DNA of 43,824 nt from a virus (lineage: Duplodnaviria > Caudoviricetes). The stretch covers positions 1 through 43,824 of IMG/VR virus record IMGVR_UViG_3300005254_000009. One strand, given 5' to 3'. Shown here piece after piece: positions 26,801 through 35,721 of this stretch. Below the pieces are notes generated by a model that worked only from the letters and a program-made list of their open reading frames with translations, was not told the DNA's origin and made no database searches. How positions within the stretch are numbered: the first letter of the stretch is position 1; each line of letters begins with the position of its first letter. The translations under genes were made by a program, and so were the position numbers.

Positions 26801-29800
26801 CCCGAAGAACGTCAGCACATGGGGAACCGATAGAATCAAAGGGCACGAGCTTATCCAGAAGGCCCTGAGCCTTTCCAAGCCCGTTATAAAAGATTCGGTC
26901 GATGATGGCGTAAGCACCAGGTCCGTTGTCAACCAGGAGGCCACCCAGGCCGCCGAGCGGATGCAGGAAAGAATTAACGCCCGCTTCATTGAGTGGGCCA
27001 AGACCCATAGCAAATGGGCTGATGCCCTGGCGGAAAAGTACAACGCCACCAAGAACCGGTTCACTCTCCGGAAATTCGATGTTCCGCAAATCAAGCATTA
27101 CCCGGGGGCCACCCAGGACCTGGAACTCAACCCTCACCAGAAGCGGGCCGTCTCCCGGGTCCTTCAGGAATCCTGTTTGCTGGCCTACGGGGTCGGCACC
27201 GGCAAGACCTTCATCTATATTACGGCGGCCATGGAAATGCGGCGGATCGGGACGGCCCGAAAGCCCTGCATTGTCGTCCACAACTCGACCGTGGAGCAGT
27301 ACCGACGGGAGTTCCAGCGGCTCTATCCGGGATCCAAGGTTTTGATTCCGAACTGGCAACAGCGGAACGCCAAGAGCCGAAAGAAGACCCTTTCACAGAT
27401 TGCCACCGGGGACTGGGATGCCATCGTACTCCCGCAATCCTTCTTTGACGGCCTGGCCAACGACCCAAGACGTGAGGCAGCTTACATCCAGGAGGAGATT
27501 GCCGAGCTTGAGGCCACCATTGACGAAATCAAGGACGAGGAGGGGGCGAACAGCTACACCGTCAAGGACATGGAAAAAGCCAAGGCCCGTAAAGAGGCCC
27601 GGCTTGAATCCCTCATGGACGGCACCCGCGACGATGCCCTCGTGTTCGAAGAACTTGGGATTGACGCCCTTTTGGTGGACGAGGCCCACGCCTACAAGCG
27701 GGGAGAGTTCAGCACCAAAATGAACAAGGTTCGAGGGATCTCCTCGGACGCCAGCAAGAAGGCTACCAGTACCCTGCTGAAGACCCGGTACGTCCTTGAG
27801 AAGACCGGCGGGAAGAATGTCATTTTTGCCACCGGAACCCCTATCAGTAACACCATGGCCGAGGCCTGGATACTTCTTCGATACATCCGGCCGGATCTCA
27901 TGAATGCGTTCCATGTTGGTCACTTCGATGCCTTTGCCACCGCATTCGGCCAGGTCGTGGACAATTTCGAGGAGACGGCGGCCGGAACCTGGAAGAACAT
28001 CAAGCGGTTCTCCAAGTACATCAACGGCCCCGAGCTTTTGAAGATGTTCCACTCGTTCACCGATGTCATGCTGACCCAAAGCGCAAATCTGAAGTTGCCG
28101 AACATTATCGGCGGCGCCCCACAGGCGGTTGTGGTCAAACAGGATGATGAACTGAAGAACTTTATTGCCGGAATCCGGCGAGAATATCAGCGGTTCGAGA
28201 ACATGACCGGGAAGGAGAAGCGGGCGAACAGGCACATTCCGCTTGTCCTTTACACACTTGCCAAGAAGGCCGCCATCGATCTTCGTCTTGTGGACCCCGG
28301 TTATTATGCTGATCGGACCGGCGGCAAGCTGGATATGGCGGCGCAAAAGATTCATGAGATTTGGGAGGATACCAAGGAAAACCGCCTTTCCCAGGTTGTT
28401 TTTCTGGATATTTTCAGGAACGGCCCGAGCGGAACGTTTGACGCCTACAAGGAATTGACCCGGATGCTGGAGGAGAAGGGCATTCCAGCGAAGGACATCC
28501 TCAGTATCCAGGACGCCAAGAACGACAAGCAACGCGAGATCTTTTTCGAAAAGATCCGGTCTGGCAAGGCCCGGATCATCATGGGGTCTACGGAAAAGTT
28601 GGGCGTTGGCGTTGATTTCGCGCAAAGGATGGTAGCAGCCCATCATCTTGACGTTCCGCCGAGGCCAATGGACCTGGAACAGCGGAACGGCCGCATTGTC
28701 CGCCAGTCCAACGGCCTGAAGAATGTCCACATTTTCAACTACGTCACCGAGAACACCCTCGACAGTAAAAGCTTTTCGGTTCTGGCCACCAAACAGAAAT
28801 TTATTGACCAGATGCTGACCGGCAAGATCGAGGGCCGCAGTTTCGACGATCCTTTTACCGAGGATCTTGGCAATATCAATGACCTCCTTTCAGCCGCGTC
28901 CGGGATGGCCGGGCAGCTCCACAAGGAGCGCAACAGGCTTCTGAAAGAGCGGAAAGACCTGCGCATGGATGAGGAGGCGTCCATTGAGCGACAGTCAAGA
29001 GCCCGGCGGACCCTGAACAACTCGGCCAGGATCATTGAAAATATCGAGAAGAACATCGTTGAGGCAGACAAGGCATCCGCAAAGGTACGGGATGAATTCC
29101 CGGATTTGAAGTTCGAGCGCTTGACGATCGACGGCAAAGAGTATGAGCGCACCGAAGCCTACAAGGTGATTCGGGAGAACCCGAAGGCATACTCGGAGCA
29201 GATTTACAGCAAGTTTAATGGAAGACAGTGGACTTCCAAATCTGACGCCGATTACAGCAAGATCAAAAAGGCGGCGCCCGATCCGATCCATGCAAGGTCC
29301 GGAGGCCTTAATCTTGAAATTCAGGTGCGACCAAAAGACTCGTCTATTCTTGAAAGAGACGAAAAGGGCAATTCGTTTTTCAGCTTTAATTCACCGGAAG
29401 ATACTGTTTCCTACAGAATAGGCGTCACCTATGGCAAAGCCGAAACGATCACCGAGCTTCATCGCGCTACCCAGGACATCAATCGGTTTCTTATCAGAAT
29501 TGCCGAAGCGCCGAACGAACTCCGAAAGAATTTGAATCGGCAACAGGATGTCATTGCGGAAAACGAGAAGATTCTGAAAGAACCCCGCTTCGATCACAAA
29601 CAGATCGAGGAAGTCAGTCAGAAAATCAGAGACGTTGAGAACGAACTCATGTCTCTCCAGGAGGATACCCAGGAGGAAGACCTCGGCTTTTCCGCTCTGC
29701 CAGGCTTCAGTGGTATTCGTGTTGAGGACGAGGAGGAGGGGGAAGGAGCGGCCGAGGATGAAGGGGGCCACGTCGAGGACGGGGAAGTCCCCCAGTATTC

Positions 29801-32800
29801 CGTCGCGGCCAGGACCAGGGAGAAAATCACTCTGGCGGATGTTCGACGCGCAGTCGGCCGGGGCCTTAACGTCCGGCAAGCCGATGACGGTCGGTTCCTG
29901 ATTTCCGGCCAGGCCGCCGTCCGGCCACTTGAGCTTCAAATCGTCGATCATATCCCAATCAACGCCGACGCTTTCCGGCGGGCTTATCAACGCGAACCAT
30001 CGTCGGAAGAAATGCAGCGCGGGGCGTCCGGGGTTTATCGAGACGGGAAAATCCAGATTTCTGCCCAGGGCGATCAATTCACCATCGATCACGAATTCAC
30101 CCATGCCCTCATTGAGGCGCGGATCATCTCCTTTGCCGATCTTCGGGCGATCCTGAAAAGCGCGGGGATCGATCCTTCCAAAATAAGAAGATCGAATGTG
30201 CGCGACTACGAGGAGCAGATCGCGGCACATGTAGAAGCCGTGAGGATGAAAAAAGCGGCGCCGAAGGGTATGACAAGGGTCGCAATTCAGAAAATCATCG
30301 ATTTTATCGACCGCCTGGTCAACCTGGTTCACCGGACGGCCCGGGGGGTGGTCCGGGACATTGAGAGCGGACGTATTTTCGACAGGCCGGGGGAAGGATC
30401 CATGACCTTCCAACAGGGAGAGACATACTCGATCCGTGGGATTCAGGACGAGGTTGTGGACACTATCGGCGCTGCGGGCCGGGCCGCGAGAAACTTCAGC
30501 CCCAGGGCCGGGGGATGGCTCGACAATCTCCTGTCAACCGCCGAATGGGCGCAGACCAAAGTGGGCAAGGCGGTATTCAAGGCCCGGATGGCCTGGAACG
30601 ACTACCGACAGAAGCTATTTCACGAGGCGGACGCCCGGGTAAGCAACAAGGAACGGAGTCTTTACCAGGACCTCCTGGCCATCCGAAACAAAGGTATTGG
30701 CTTCTTCGGCCGGATGTCGAGCACCGAAATGCAGGATGTCCAGAACGCCTCGAACGTCTCACCTCTTTATAAGGAAGTGGCCCGGGTGATCCGCGACATG
30801 GATGTCAACGAGATCAAGTGGAGCCAGTACGATAAAACCGGTCTTGATCCCCAGGTGGTCTCCATCGTTTCGGATTACCGGGCGGCCATGGACCGGCTTT
30901 GGGAGTACCAGTACAACGCCATCGGGGAAATCGTCCAAGCATACGCCGAAAAGGGGAAAGAACTCCCCGAGCTTTACAAGGACCCGGTTACGAAGCAATC
31001 CGTCACCCTGAAGGATCTCTATGACGAGATGGGGAAACTGAAGGGGACCTACGCTCCGCGAATCTGGGACGATGGAGACTTCGAGGTCTGGTCGAAAGAC
31101 CGTGACGGGCAATTGTGGCTCCACAAGGCCACCACGAAGGCCGGGGCCTACAAGATCGGTCGGGGGCTGGAAAGAAAGGGGCATTCGAACATTGAGTACG
31201 GGGAAAGTGTGAAATTCTCCGAAGAGCTTTGGGCGGATCTTTCGATCGGGCCGACGGCGAAGCTCCTGGAATCAGCCGCCGGCAAGATGGACATTGACCC
31301 CGATGTTGCCGTTGAGGCCAAGAAGGCCCTTCTTGAGGAAGCGGCCATCGCCTTCAAGGAGCGGGCGTTCCGGAAACACCGTCTCGTCCGCAGTCAGCGG
31401 GGAGGGAAGGAGGTCCGGGGGTACATCGAGGACCCCCTCGCCCGATACCTGATTTACGCAACCCGCACGGCCGGCGGCATCGCAAAGAGCAACGCGGCCC
31501 TGGAAATGTTCAAAGCCCTCAACGGTGAATACCGGAAGTTCGAGCGGGACGGAGACGAGTGGGTTTACACAGGCCCGGACGGAACCCGGCACACCCGGAA
31601 GGTTTCGGAGGAAGACAAGAAAACGGCCAAGACCACGGCCTCGTTCAGGGTCGGGGGCCTCGATCCCAAGAACCCGAAGGACCGGGCCGAATACGACAAG
31701 TGGTACAGATACATCAAGGAGCAGATGAAAAATCCGAGTCAAGTGGATCGAATCATCGCCATGGGCAAGGCCTTGGTCAGCATGAAGTATTTGTCCTCCC
31801 CCAAGTCGGCCATCATCAATACCACCTCGGTGTTGACCAATGCCCCGGCAGCCGTCCGGCAGTACGCGACAGGCGCCAAGGCGGGCTTCGCAGAGGTCGG
31901 AAGCGCCCTGGCCAGGGCCGGTAAGGACTATGCCAGGATCATGGGCGGCGAGAAACTGGCCAATCGGCGGGAGCAGGCATTCATGGACCGGATCCGGAAC
32001 GAAACGATCGACCGGCCGCAGTTCATGAGGGATGCCATGGGCGCCATCCGGACGGCCCAGGGGACCGCCTTCGCAAAAACCATGGATCTTATCTTGAAGC
32101 CGTTCTCGATTACGGAGCAATGGAACCGAGGCACGACGCTCCTCGCCGCCTATCGCATGGCATTAAAACATAATCCCGGGCTTTCCGACGCCGAACTCCA
32201 GGACATGGCCATCGATGCCACCATGAAGGCCCACGGCATCTATGATCGGGCAACTGATCCCATGTGGGCCATGGGTGACAACCCGGCTGCCCATATCGCA
32301 AAGATGGGCTACACCTATCAGAAGTACGGTCACAACTGGATTCAGATGATGGCGGACCTCGGGTTCCGAAAAGGGGATGTGAAGGGCGCCTTGTGGTTGG
32401 CCGCAGCCCCCATGGTCCTTGGAGGCACGACAGGTTCCATCGCCATGATCGGAATCATGCCCCTTGTGGCTGCCTTCCTGAAGGCAGGCGGCGATGACCG
32501 GGACCCCGAGAAGTGGTTCTACGATACCCTCCGTGAGATTGTCGGGAACGATGGGGAAAAGGTTGCCAGATATGGCGCGTTCGGCGCCCTGGGCATGGAT
32601 ATGTCCGGTTCCCTCGGTCTCCATATCGGCGCACCGAGAAGCCTGAAAGACCTCACCGGGCCTTTTGGCGGCGTCTGGGGGGACGTCGAGACGGCCGGGG
32701 ACTACCTCCGGAGCAACCAGTATGGACGCGCGGCCGAGGTGCTGGCCCCGAACCTTTTGCGCAACACCCTTGCCGCGATCCGGGAGCTTGACGGCGCGGT

Positions 32801-33155
32801 CACGACGAAGGGGCGAAGGGTGTGGGACGACAAGGGAAGGCCCTATGTTCCCGGCGGCTACGAAACCGTTCTCAAAGCCATCGGCGCGCGGTCCGCGAAT
32901 CGGGCGCTATTGCAAACCAGGGCATGGGAGGAGCGCCGGGAGGGCGAACGCTTCAGGAACCAGAGGGACATCGTTTACGACATGCTGAGGGCTGATATCT
33001 ACCGGCCGGACCCCGAAAGGCGAAGAAAGGTCTTCGAGCGGATTCGAAGATACAATCAGGCCCTGGTGGATAACGGCCTGGCCGGAAAGATCCCGTTCAT
33101 CACGCGACAGTCCATCCGGAAACAGTACAGGCTGATGTCACGACCTTCACAATAG
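20895..33155 (+). CDS. Giant (4086 aa) polyvalent virion protein: ejection-type N-terminus + DarB-like N6-adenine MTase + SNF2 helicase + HExxH zincin-like domain + large C-terminal domain
   Basis: REDYQxLxPxQ repeats and G/A-rich hydrophobic N-terminus; ANI.AI..L, QYTGWG, NAHYT, VLEP, ELD, NVPF (25290); GTGKT (GKT at 27201-27209), DEAH (27678), ATGTPISN, QRNGRIVRQ; HEFTH (30090). Confidence 0.9.
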   Translation: MFEPEWKSLASREDYQSLSPDQRAFVQQKWLEQKTQGREDYQALTPQQQETVKAGTFGEDYNPSFWPGYEGPKVSQEPSPVQNSDQGFWGSAVSAVTGGMLDAADTVARGFRAIPGGEAAGQDQSGAASGILEKLNALRRAVPGLRRQEKEGGFASSLYEGARSAVTSIAAGLPGAAAGAAAGSVVGPVGTIIGGITGFALSGGTLFGLSEYDRAMEEGIVHNQQNPDRAISREDLEHMALWSAIAEGGFEFVTDLIEGATFKLGATLTAPTKLTLKEGLKKIIGTNVKQIAGRMGTIAAVETGFEMATAATQTELRNRIGMSDQRVWDAAAEAFGPALVASIIFGGIAEGGAFAVRRSTTKALQSPDVNDEERFRVINQVYDQIKAVDPDLASVWAANANRAVAMGETIPIDDDIANLKMFKSEAEQDVAAAQRLVFDETLPLDQREAANQRLQAAIGELSEIRRREEMELRRADRRDLTPLEQEAELQAIEAARQPGGREYVRAARTADDMQTPSQQAESHAVREYNRQKTRDAFAGKIKAPRIAREMEGVMESLPDSVFEDDTASARVGNLMGRLATLKNRESVLKSRLKSSGASPEIVQELRTVQDTVRRVTGNINTIAERSAHDFEAQAQAERQQGYNEVGAEIDQAREAKSLERSLRDQPAPEGDDTLLTARQEAEREAQLERQRGYNEIGEEIDQIKEARNQDQDFQRFRELYRGNEIEGMDEAQAYDRYRAFVGQADDISGIDDSIDTPEPMRLPENSELWDGEKSREVPKSKEEFQRVINGMVATEEERAKLLDDLDSLEDRNFLDPEYRRQLAERLNVVPSRSPFPAGSKNIDPTRYRRTDVVGRGKKVGPMPVDQITGPLGAPKKSATAGAREESKQASGGRRIALNRQSPNAIEERFRAWRDMEDGILAGAPDAHVPNGPMELLNPRTTPHRQSPGEAPRKAGKAVYPGETAQEAQRPQKDTDSEPKPSHDKADTSTDEQAAAWWDGTLTPAGRREVMRDAGIKLPDRTLWRHISKAQKKMLLAVKAAAEQEGTSMPPGDPSDATVTVSPGTRIETDKTDSVGNAIDIVDTAPTQPKKVESAMVGEESTRADTKRDVESGENIAVEKLTKKSEIVSRKEPANGRNTERDNRRAERKPVVSGPALVGDGISAEPGAGALEGGAGGPAQLPAGVRKDRGIGDVQSPEGRETGGRPDPGSGSRSGRTDKPGSGTRTDARRSGRRDTGVGRDDLAPEDQNHVIAPSDKIIPGGAESKIQANIGAIRLLRKLQAEDRNPTPAEKKNLAQYTGWGAFSEKVFNRTFSKALKAAKETTFPDLTRVLSKSEHEDYLRWREKYGRHLHPKLGGMLTQEEWDSAAASTMNAHYTAREVIDAMWSVVRHLGFKGGNVLEPAGGVSHFFGLMPTDIASGSMLHGVELDTISGNIFQKLYPQANIQVTGFQNARGLDDNSMDLVISNVPFGNYPIIDKTHKHISGWSIHNYFLARGMDTLRPGGLMVTVTSRYSMDSTRNTQVREYLGAQGDLVGAIRLPRDAFMENAGTEVVTDILIFRKKDSDRVGLGQDFRMSVPVEIVAGKPPVNINTYFADHPDMVMGVNSLAGSMYSAEEYTVESSKVGDLKSQIAKATQGLPSNIAGEGADISQAVRQQWADEGQRDDTLVYGSDGEPMLVLNGKLVEPSYPDSKGNPAFPMRKPALAERVRQYMKVREAAKELIKAMRDEATTDAQIADMQATLNAEYDAFTKRFKAFNATYNQFLRKLDAEYPIVDALEDVHRETVEVIANGKPDAKEVVTISKAPIFERRTIFPFKEPNTAETIEDALVLSRIYRGAIDAGYISTILDRPVEAVRTDIVQAGLGFLDPKTGRVVERDKYLSGDVKTKLEEAIEAAKTDKAFESNIDALMEVQPVDLPISQITFMLGSDWIPADCIADFLREELDVRATVNRSEAAGRSSFKITNVEGAQNPKNVSTWGTDRIKGHELIQKALSLSKPVIKDSVDDGVSTRSVVNQEATQAAERMQERINARFIEWAKTHSKWADALAEKYNATKNRFTLRKFDVPQIKHYPGATQDLELNPHQKRAVSRVLQESCLLAYGVGTGKTFIYITAAMEMRRIGTARKPCIVVHNSTVEQYRREFQRLYPGSKVLIPNWQQRNAKSRKKTLSQIATGDWDAIVLPQSFFDGLANDPRREAAYIQEEIAELEATIDEIKDEEGANSYTVKDMEKAKARKEARLESLMDGTRDDALVFEELGIDALLVDEAHAYKRGEFSTKMNKVRGISSDASKKATSTLLKTRYVLEKTGGKNVIFATGTPISNTMAEAWILLRYIRPDLMNAFHVGHFDAFATAFGQVVDNFEETAAGTWKNIKRFSKYINGPELLKMFHSFTDVMLTQSANLKLPNIIGGAPQAVVVKQDDELKNFIAGIRREYQRFENMTGKEKRANRHIPLVLYTLAKKAAIDLRLVDPGYYADRTGGKLDMAAQKIHEIWEDTKENRLSQVVFLDIFRNGPSGTFDAYKELTRMLEEKGIPAKDILSIQDAKNDKQREIFFEKIRSGKARIIMGSTEKLGVGVDFAQRMVAAHHLDVPPRPMDLEQRNGRIVRQSNGLKNVHIFNYVTENTLDSKSFSVLATKQKFIDQMLTGKIEGRSFDDPFTEDLGNINDLLSAASGMAGQLHKERNRLLKERKDLRMDEEASIERQSRARRTLNNSARIIENIEKNIVEADKASAKVRDEFPDLKFERLTIDGKEYERTEAYKVIRENPKAYSEQIYSKFNGRQWTSKSDADYSKIKKAAPDPIHARSGGLNLEIQVRPKDSSILERDEKGNSFFSFNSPEDTVSYRIGVTYGKAETITELHRATQDINRFLIRIAEAPNELRKNLNRQQDVIAENEKILKEPRFDHKQIEEVSQKIRDVENELMSLQEDTQEEDLGFSALPGFSGIRVEDEEEGEGAAEDEGGHVEDGEVPQYSVAARTREKITLADVRRAVGRGLNVRQADDGRFLISGQAAVRPLELQIVDHIPINADAFRRAYQREPSSEEMQRGASGVYRDGKIQISAQGDQFTIDHEFTHALIEARIISFADLRAILKSAGIDPSKIRRSNVRDYEEQIAAHVEAVRMKKAAPKGMTRVAIQKIIDFIDRLVNLVHRTARGVVRDIESGRIFDRPGEGSMTFQQGETYSIRGIQDEVVDTIGAAGRAARNFSPRAGGWLDNLLSTAEWAQTKVGKAVFKARMAWNDYRQKLFHEADARVSNKERSLYQDLLAIRNKGIGFFGRMSSTEMQDVQNASNVSPLYKEVARVIRDMDVNEIKWSQYDKTGLDPQVVSIVSDYRAAMDRLWEYQYNAIGEIVQAYAEKGKELPELYKDPVTKQSVTLKDLYDEMGKLKGTYAPRIWDDGDFEVWSKDRDGQLWLHKATTKAGAYKIGRGLERKGHSNIEYGESVKFSEELWADLSIGPTAKLLESAAGKMDIDPDVAVEAKKALLEEAAIAFKERAFRKHRLVRSQRGGKEVRGYIEDPLARYLIYATRTAGGIAKSNAALEMFKALNGEYRKFERDGDEWVYTGPDGTRHTRKVSEEDKKTAKTTASFRVGGLDPKNPKDRAEYDKWYRYIKEQMKNPSQVDRIIAMGKALVSMKYLSSPKSAIINTTSVLTNAPAAVRQYATGAKAGFAEVGSALARAGKDYARIMGGEKLANRREQAFMDRIRNETIDRPQFMRDAMGAIRTAQGTAFAKTMDLILKPFSITEQWNRGTTLLAAYRMALKHNPGLSDAELQDMAIDATMKAHGIYDRATDPMWAMGDNPAAHIAKMGYTYQKYGHNWIQMMADLGFRKGDVKGALWLAAAPMVLGGTTGSIAMIGIMPLVAAFLKAGGDDRDPEKWFYDTLREIVGNDGEKVARYGAFGALGMDMSGSLGLHIGAPRSLKDLTGPFGGVWGDVETAGDYLRSNQYGRAAEVLAPNLLRNTLAAIRELDGAVTTKGRRVWDDKGRPYVPGGYETVLKAIGARSANRALLQTRAWEERREGERFRNQRDIVYDMLRADIYRPDPERRRKVFERIRRYNQALVDNGLAGKIPFITRQSIRKQYRLMSRPSQ
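24295..24621 (+). CDS. Nested 108-aa acidic helical protein in the +1 frame inside the giant ORF (TnpV/DUF1896-like pattern)
   Basis: AAGGAG SD 7 nt before the ATG; GC3-rich gene-like codons (CTG GTG CTG GAG CTC TGG AAG GAG...); the host frame reads as a G/R/P-rich shadow over exactly this span. Confidence 0.8.
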   Translation: MDEIPNVTIEEPKENQWYQARLLWVMEFQPSLVLELWKEGPEALHNYLLEYAKIGVLAMYNLQKAGRLAEDQIREVVQDLVAPTNLDPEPEPMPEDLEGEILEWAGMI

Positions 33156-33168
33156 GAGCACGAATCAA

Positions 33169-33792
33169 ATGCTGGTAATCGCTTTTTTCAGTGTCGACGG
33201 GGTTCCCCAGGAGGAGCTTTCGCCGACTTGCACGATCCGGCGGATCGATGACGGAGAGGTCGTTGTTACCGCCGCGGCCATGGGTCATGTCGGGTCAGGG
33301 TTCTACGAATACGATTTCACGGCCCAGGACCGCCTCAAAACCTATACCGTCGTCTGTGACGGGGGTATCTCCCTCCCGGCGGAACAGCGCTATGCAACCG
33401 ATGTAATCGGGGCGGACAATGCCGGGATTGGGATCGACGCCATCAAGGCGAAGACCGACGGCCTGCCAACGAGCACCCAGGCCCGGATCGATCAGATCGA
33501 CTCTGCCATTGCCGGGATCCCGGATTCATCCGCCATGGCCGTCATGCTGAACGATGTCGAGCAAAACATCCGGGGTGGAGACGAAACTCTCGGCACCGTA
33601 TCCGGAAAAATTCAGACGGCGGCGGCGGTGATTGACACCATTCTGGCGATAGAATCCGGGACGTGGGAGCTTATCGACACACAGCTCGTTTTCAGGACAC
33701 CCGGGACAAACGTCGAAATTGCCCGGTTCAATCTTTACGACGCCGAAGGTGAGCCGTCGGCATCAAACGTCTACAGGCGGGAACGAATATGA
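33169..33792 (+). CDS. Putative virion structural protein
   Basis: 207 aa; SD AGGAG; G.GFYEYDF and IDAIKAKTD.LP motifs typical of phage tail-associated proteins. Confidence 0.7.
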   Translation: MLVIAFFSVDGVPQEELSPTCTIRRIDDGEVVVTAAAMGHVGSGFYEYDFTAQDRLKTYTVVCDGGISLPAEQRYATDVIGADNAGIGIDAIKAKTDGLPTSTQARIDQIDSAIAGIPDSSAMAVMLNDVEQNIRGGDETLGTVSGKIQTAAAVIDTILAIESGTWELIDTQLVFRTPGTNVEIARFNLYDAEGEPSASNVYRRERI

Positions 33793-34244
33793 GCATCATC
33801 CTTCAAGGGATGGGAAGAAGCGCTGCGGACCCGACCGATGAACAGCAAATCGAGGTTGTCACAGCGGTATCTGTTCAGGATGAGGATCCGGCGGTTGTTT
33901 CCGTCCCTGATTTCAACATCAAGCAGGGCGAAGGGAAGTGGCTTAAATTCAACATCACGGACGCTTTTACCGGCCTGCCCAGGGAGGGGCTTGAAACGGC
34001 AACTTTCAGGTTCGGGGTAAAGCTCAGGTATTCCGACGCTGCGAACTTGATCGATTATGATGATACAGCCTTTGATAAAACGGGTATCGAATCCGGCATT
34101 GTCCGAGTGAAGCTCCTCCCGGCCGACACCCGAGGGCTTGTTGCGAGAACGCACCTCGGGGAACTCATGATCGATTTTGGAAATAACGTAATTGACAAGA
34201 GCGAAACCATAAACATCGTGGTTGAGCCATCGGTGATTACATGA
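33789..34244 (+). CDS. Putative tail/baseplate-upper-like Ig-fold protein
   Basis: IKQGE....KFNI.D, G.VRVKL.P.DT..L motifs; ATGA-coupled. Confidence 0.6.
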   Translation: MSIILQGMGRSAADPTDEQQIEVVTAVSVQDEDPAVVSVPDFNIKQGEGKWLKFNITDAFTGLPREGLETATFRFGVKLRYSDAANLIDYDDTAFDKTGIESGIVRVKLLPADTRGLVARTHLGELMIDFGNNVIDKSETINIVVEPSVIT

Positions 34245-35713
34245 GCGCTATTTTTGCAAGACAACAGCCCCCCAAGGGACCGCAGGGTGAACAGGGACCC
34301 CAGGGGCCGGAAGGCCCTCAAGGGATTCAAGGTGAACAAGGCCCTCAAGGAGAAGTCGGCCCGCCCGGTAATGACGGTGCAGACGGAAAGACGTGGCACA
34401 ACGGCGCCGGGGCGCCCTCGGACGCCACCGGGGTTGATGGAGATTACTACCTCGACACCGCCGCCGATACCTATTACGGCCCCAAGGTTGCCGGAACGTG
34501 GACCGGGACCGGGCCGATCTCGCTGGTTGGCCCGGCCGGGGCTACAGGGCAGGGGTTTTCAGCCGGAGGCACGACAGGGCAGATTTTGGCTAAGGCGTCC
34601 GACGTGGATTATGATACCCAATGGATAGCGCAGCAAACCGGAAGCGATATTGTCGAGTCGCTCCGTATGGGGCCTGGAGAGATACTCCCGGATTCAACGG
34701 GAACTCCAGGCCAGTGGGGTTTTTCCGACGGGTATTTATATCAGTGCATTGCACAGGATACTTGGGTCAGGACCCAAATAGAAGATTCATGGGTGTTTGG
34801 GCCTGCTCCGTCAAATATTCCCGGCATCTATTCAATTACGGATTCGGATGCGATTATTCGCCGGTTTAACGGTACGAATTGGGATGACCTCACGCCCGAA
34901 TTTACGTCCGGCGGCGGAGTTGCATTGTCCCTGCTTTATCATGACGACAATCTCTATCTCGGTGCGGATGACGGGGCTCTCAACAAGTGGGACGGTACGA
35001 CCGGATTCGTTACACTGGCCCCACAATACAGCTCTAACGCAAGGAATATATTGTCCTTTTCGGTTTTTAACGGTGAAATATACGCAGGCACCGGATATAA
35101 AAGCCAGTTGCTGAAGTGGAATGGCACGGATGCGTGGGTAGCAGTAACTCCTGAACTGACGGGAGGAGGTGTCGTCAAACTGATCGTTTTTAACAACGAG
35201 TTGTATGGGCTGAGGGGCGATACGGCCCAACTACTGAAGTGGAACGGGTCTGATGATTGGATCGTCGTCACTCAGCCTAATGGGGCCTGGACCGACGGCA
35301 GGGACATGATCGTGTTCAACAATGAGCTGTTCTGCGCTAGTAAAACGAACAGCGCCCTCATGAAGTTCGACGGAGTGGATTCGTGGGTACAGGCCGTTGC
35401 GCCATACGGAAACGACGAGGGCGTAGCTTTCCTGTGCGAATTCAACGGAAAGCTGTATGGGGCCACATATGATGACTGCCATCTTGTGGAATGGGATGGT
35501 GTGGGTTCGTGGGTGCAGCGGGCTTCAACATATACTGATTGGTACACCCCGGGGGGCTTGTGCGTCTATCAGAACGAGCTGTATTGCGCGGCCGGGTATT
35601 ACTCAACCGGTAACGGCCTGTTGAAGTGGAACGGCACGGATGCGTGGGTAGCCATGACATCCGCTACAGTCGGGCTCGGCGCTGAGTTCGTTGGTCTGAT
35701 AGGCGTGGAATAG
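34241..35713 (+). CDS. Tail fibre / receptor-binding protein with collagen-like stalk and beta-propeller-like repeats
   Basis: GPQGEQGPQ repeats; G.GAP...G.DGDYYLDT; GGTTGQILAK.S..DYDT.W; about six 42-45 aa repeats of L..FN.ELY....LLKW.G...W. Confidence 0.8.
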   Translation: MSAIFARQQPPKGPQGEQGPQGPEGPQGIQGEQGPQGEVGPPGNDGADGKTWHNGAGAPSDATGVDGDYYLDTAADTYYGPKVAGTWTGTGPISLVGPAGATGQGFSAGGTTGQILAKASDVDYDTQWIAQQTGSDIVESLRMGPGEILPDSTGTPGQWGFSDGYLYQCIAQDTWVRTQIEDSWVFGPAPSNIPGIYSITDSDAIIRRFNGTNWDDLTPEFTSGGGVALSLLYHDDNLYLGADDGALNKWDGTTGFVTLAPQYSSNARNILSFSVFNGEIYAGTGYKSQLLKWNGTDAWVAVTPELTGGGVVKLIVFNNELYGLRGDTAQLLKWNGSDDWIVVTQPNGAWTDGRDMIVFNNELFCASKTNSALMKFDGVDSWVQAVAPYGNDEGVAFLCEFNGKLYGATYDDCHLVEWDGVGSWVQRASTYTDWYTPGGLCVYQNELYCAAGYYSTGNGLLKWNGTDAWVAMTSATVGLGAEFVGLIGVE

Positions 35714-35721
35714 GAGGGGCC

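Noticed and set aside
21732-30413. Long antisense ORFs within the giant gene (21732-22952, 25440-26651, 27393-28730, 29391-30413)
   Set aside because: Codon-register mirrors of the sense frame with no motifs or SD. Unlike 24295-24621, the sense frame here is clearly the constrained one.
35112-35652. Possible DGR template/variable repeat pair or invertible tail-fibre cassette
   Set aside because: Only 31 bp, direct orientation, single T/C difference; no reverse transcriptase or invertase in the window.
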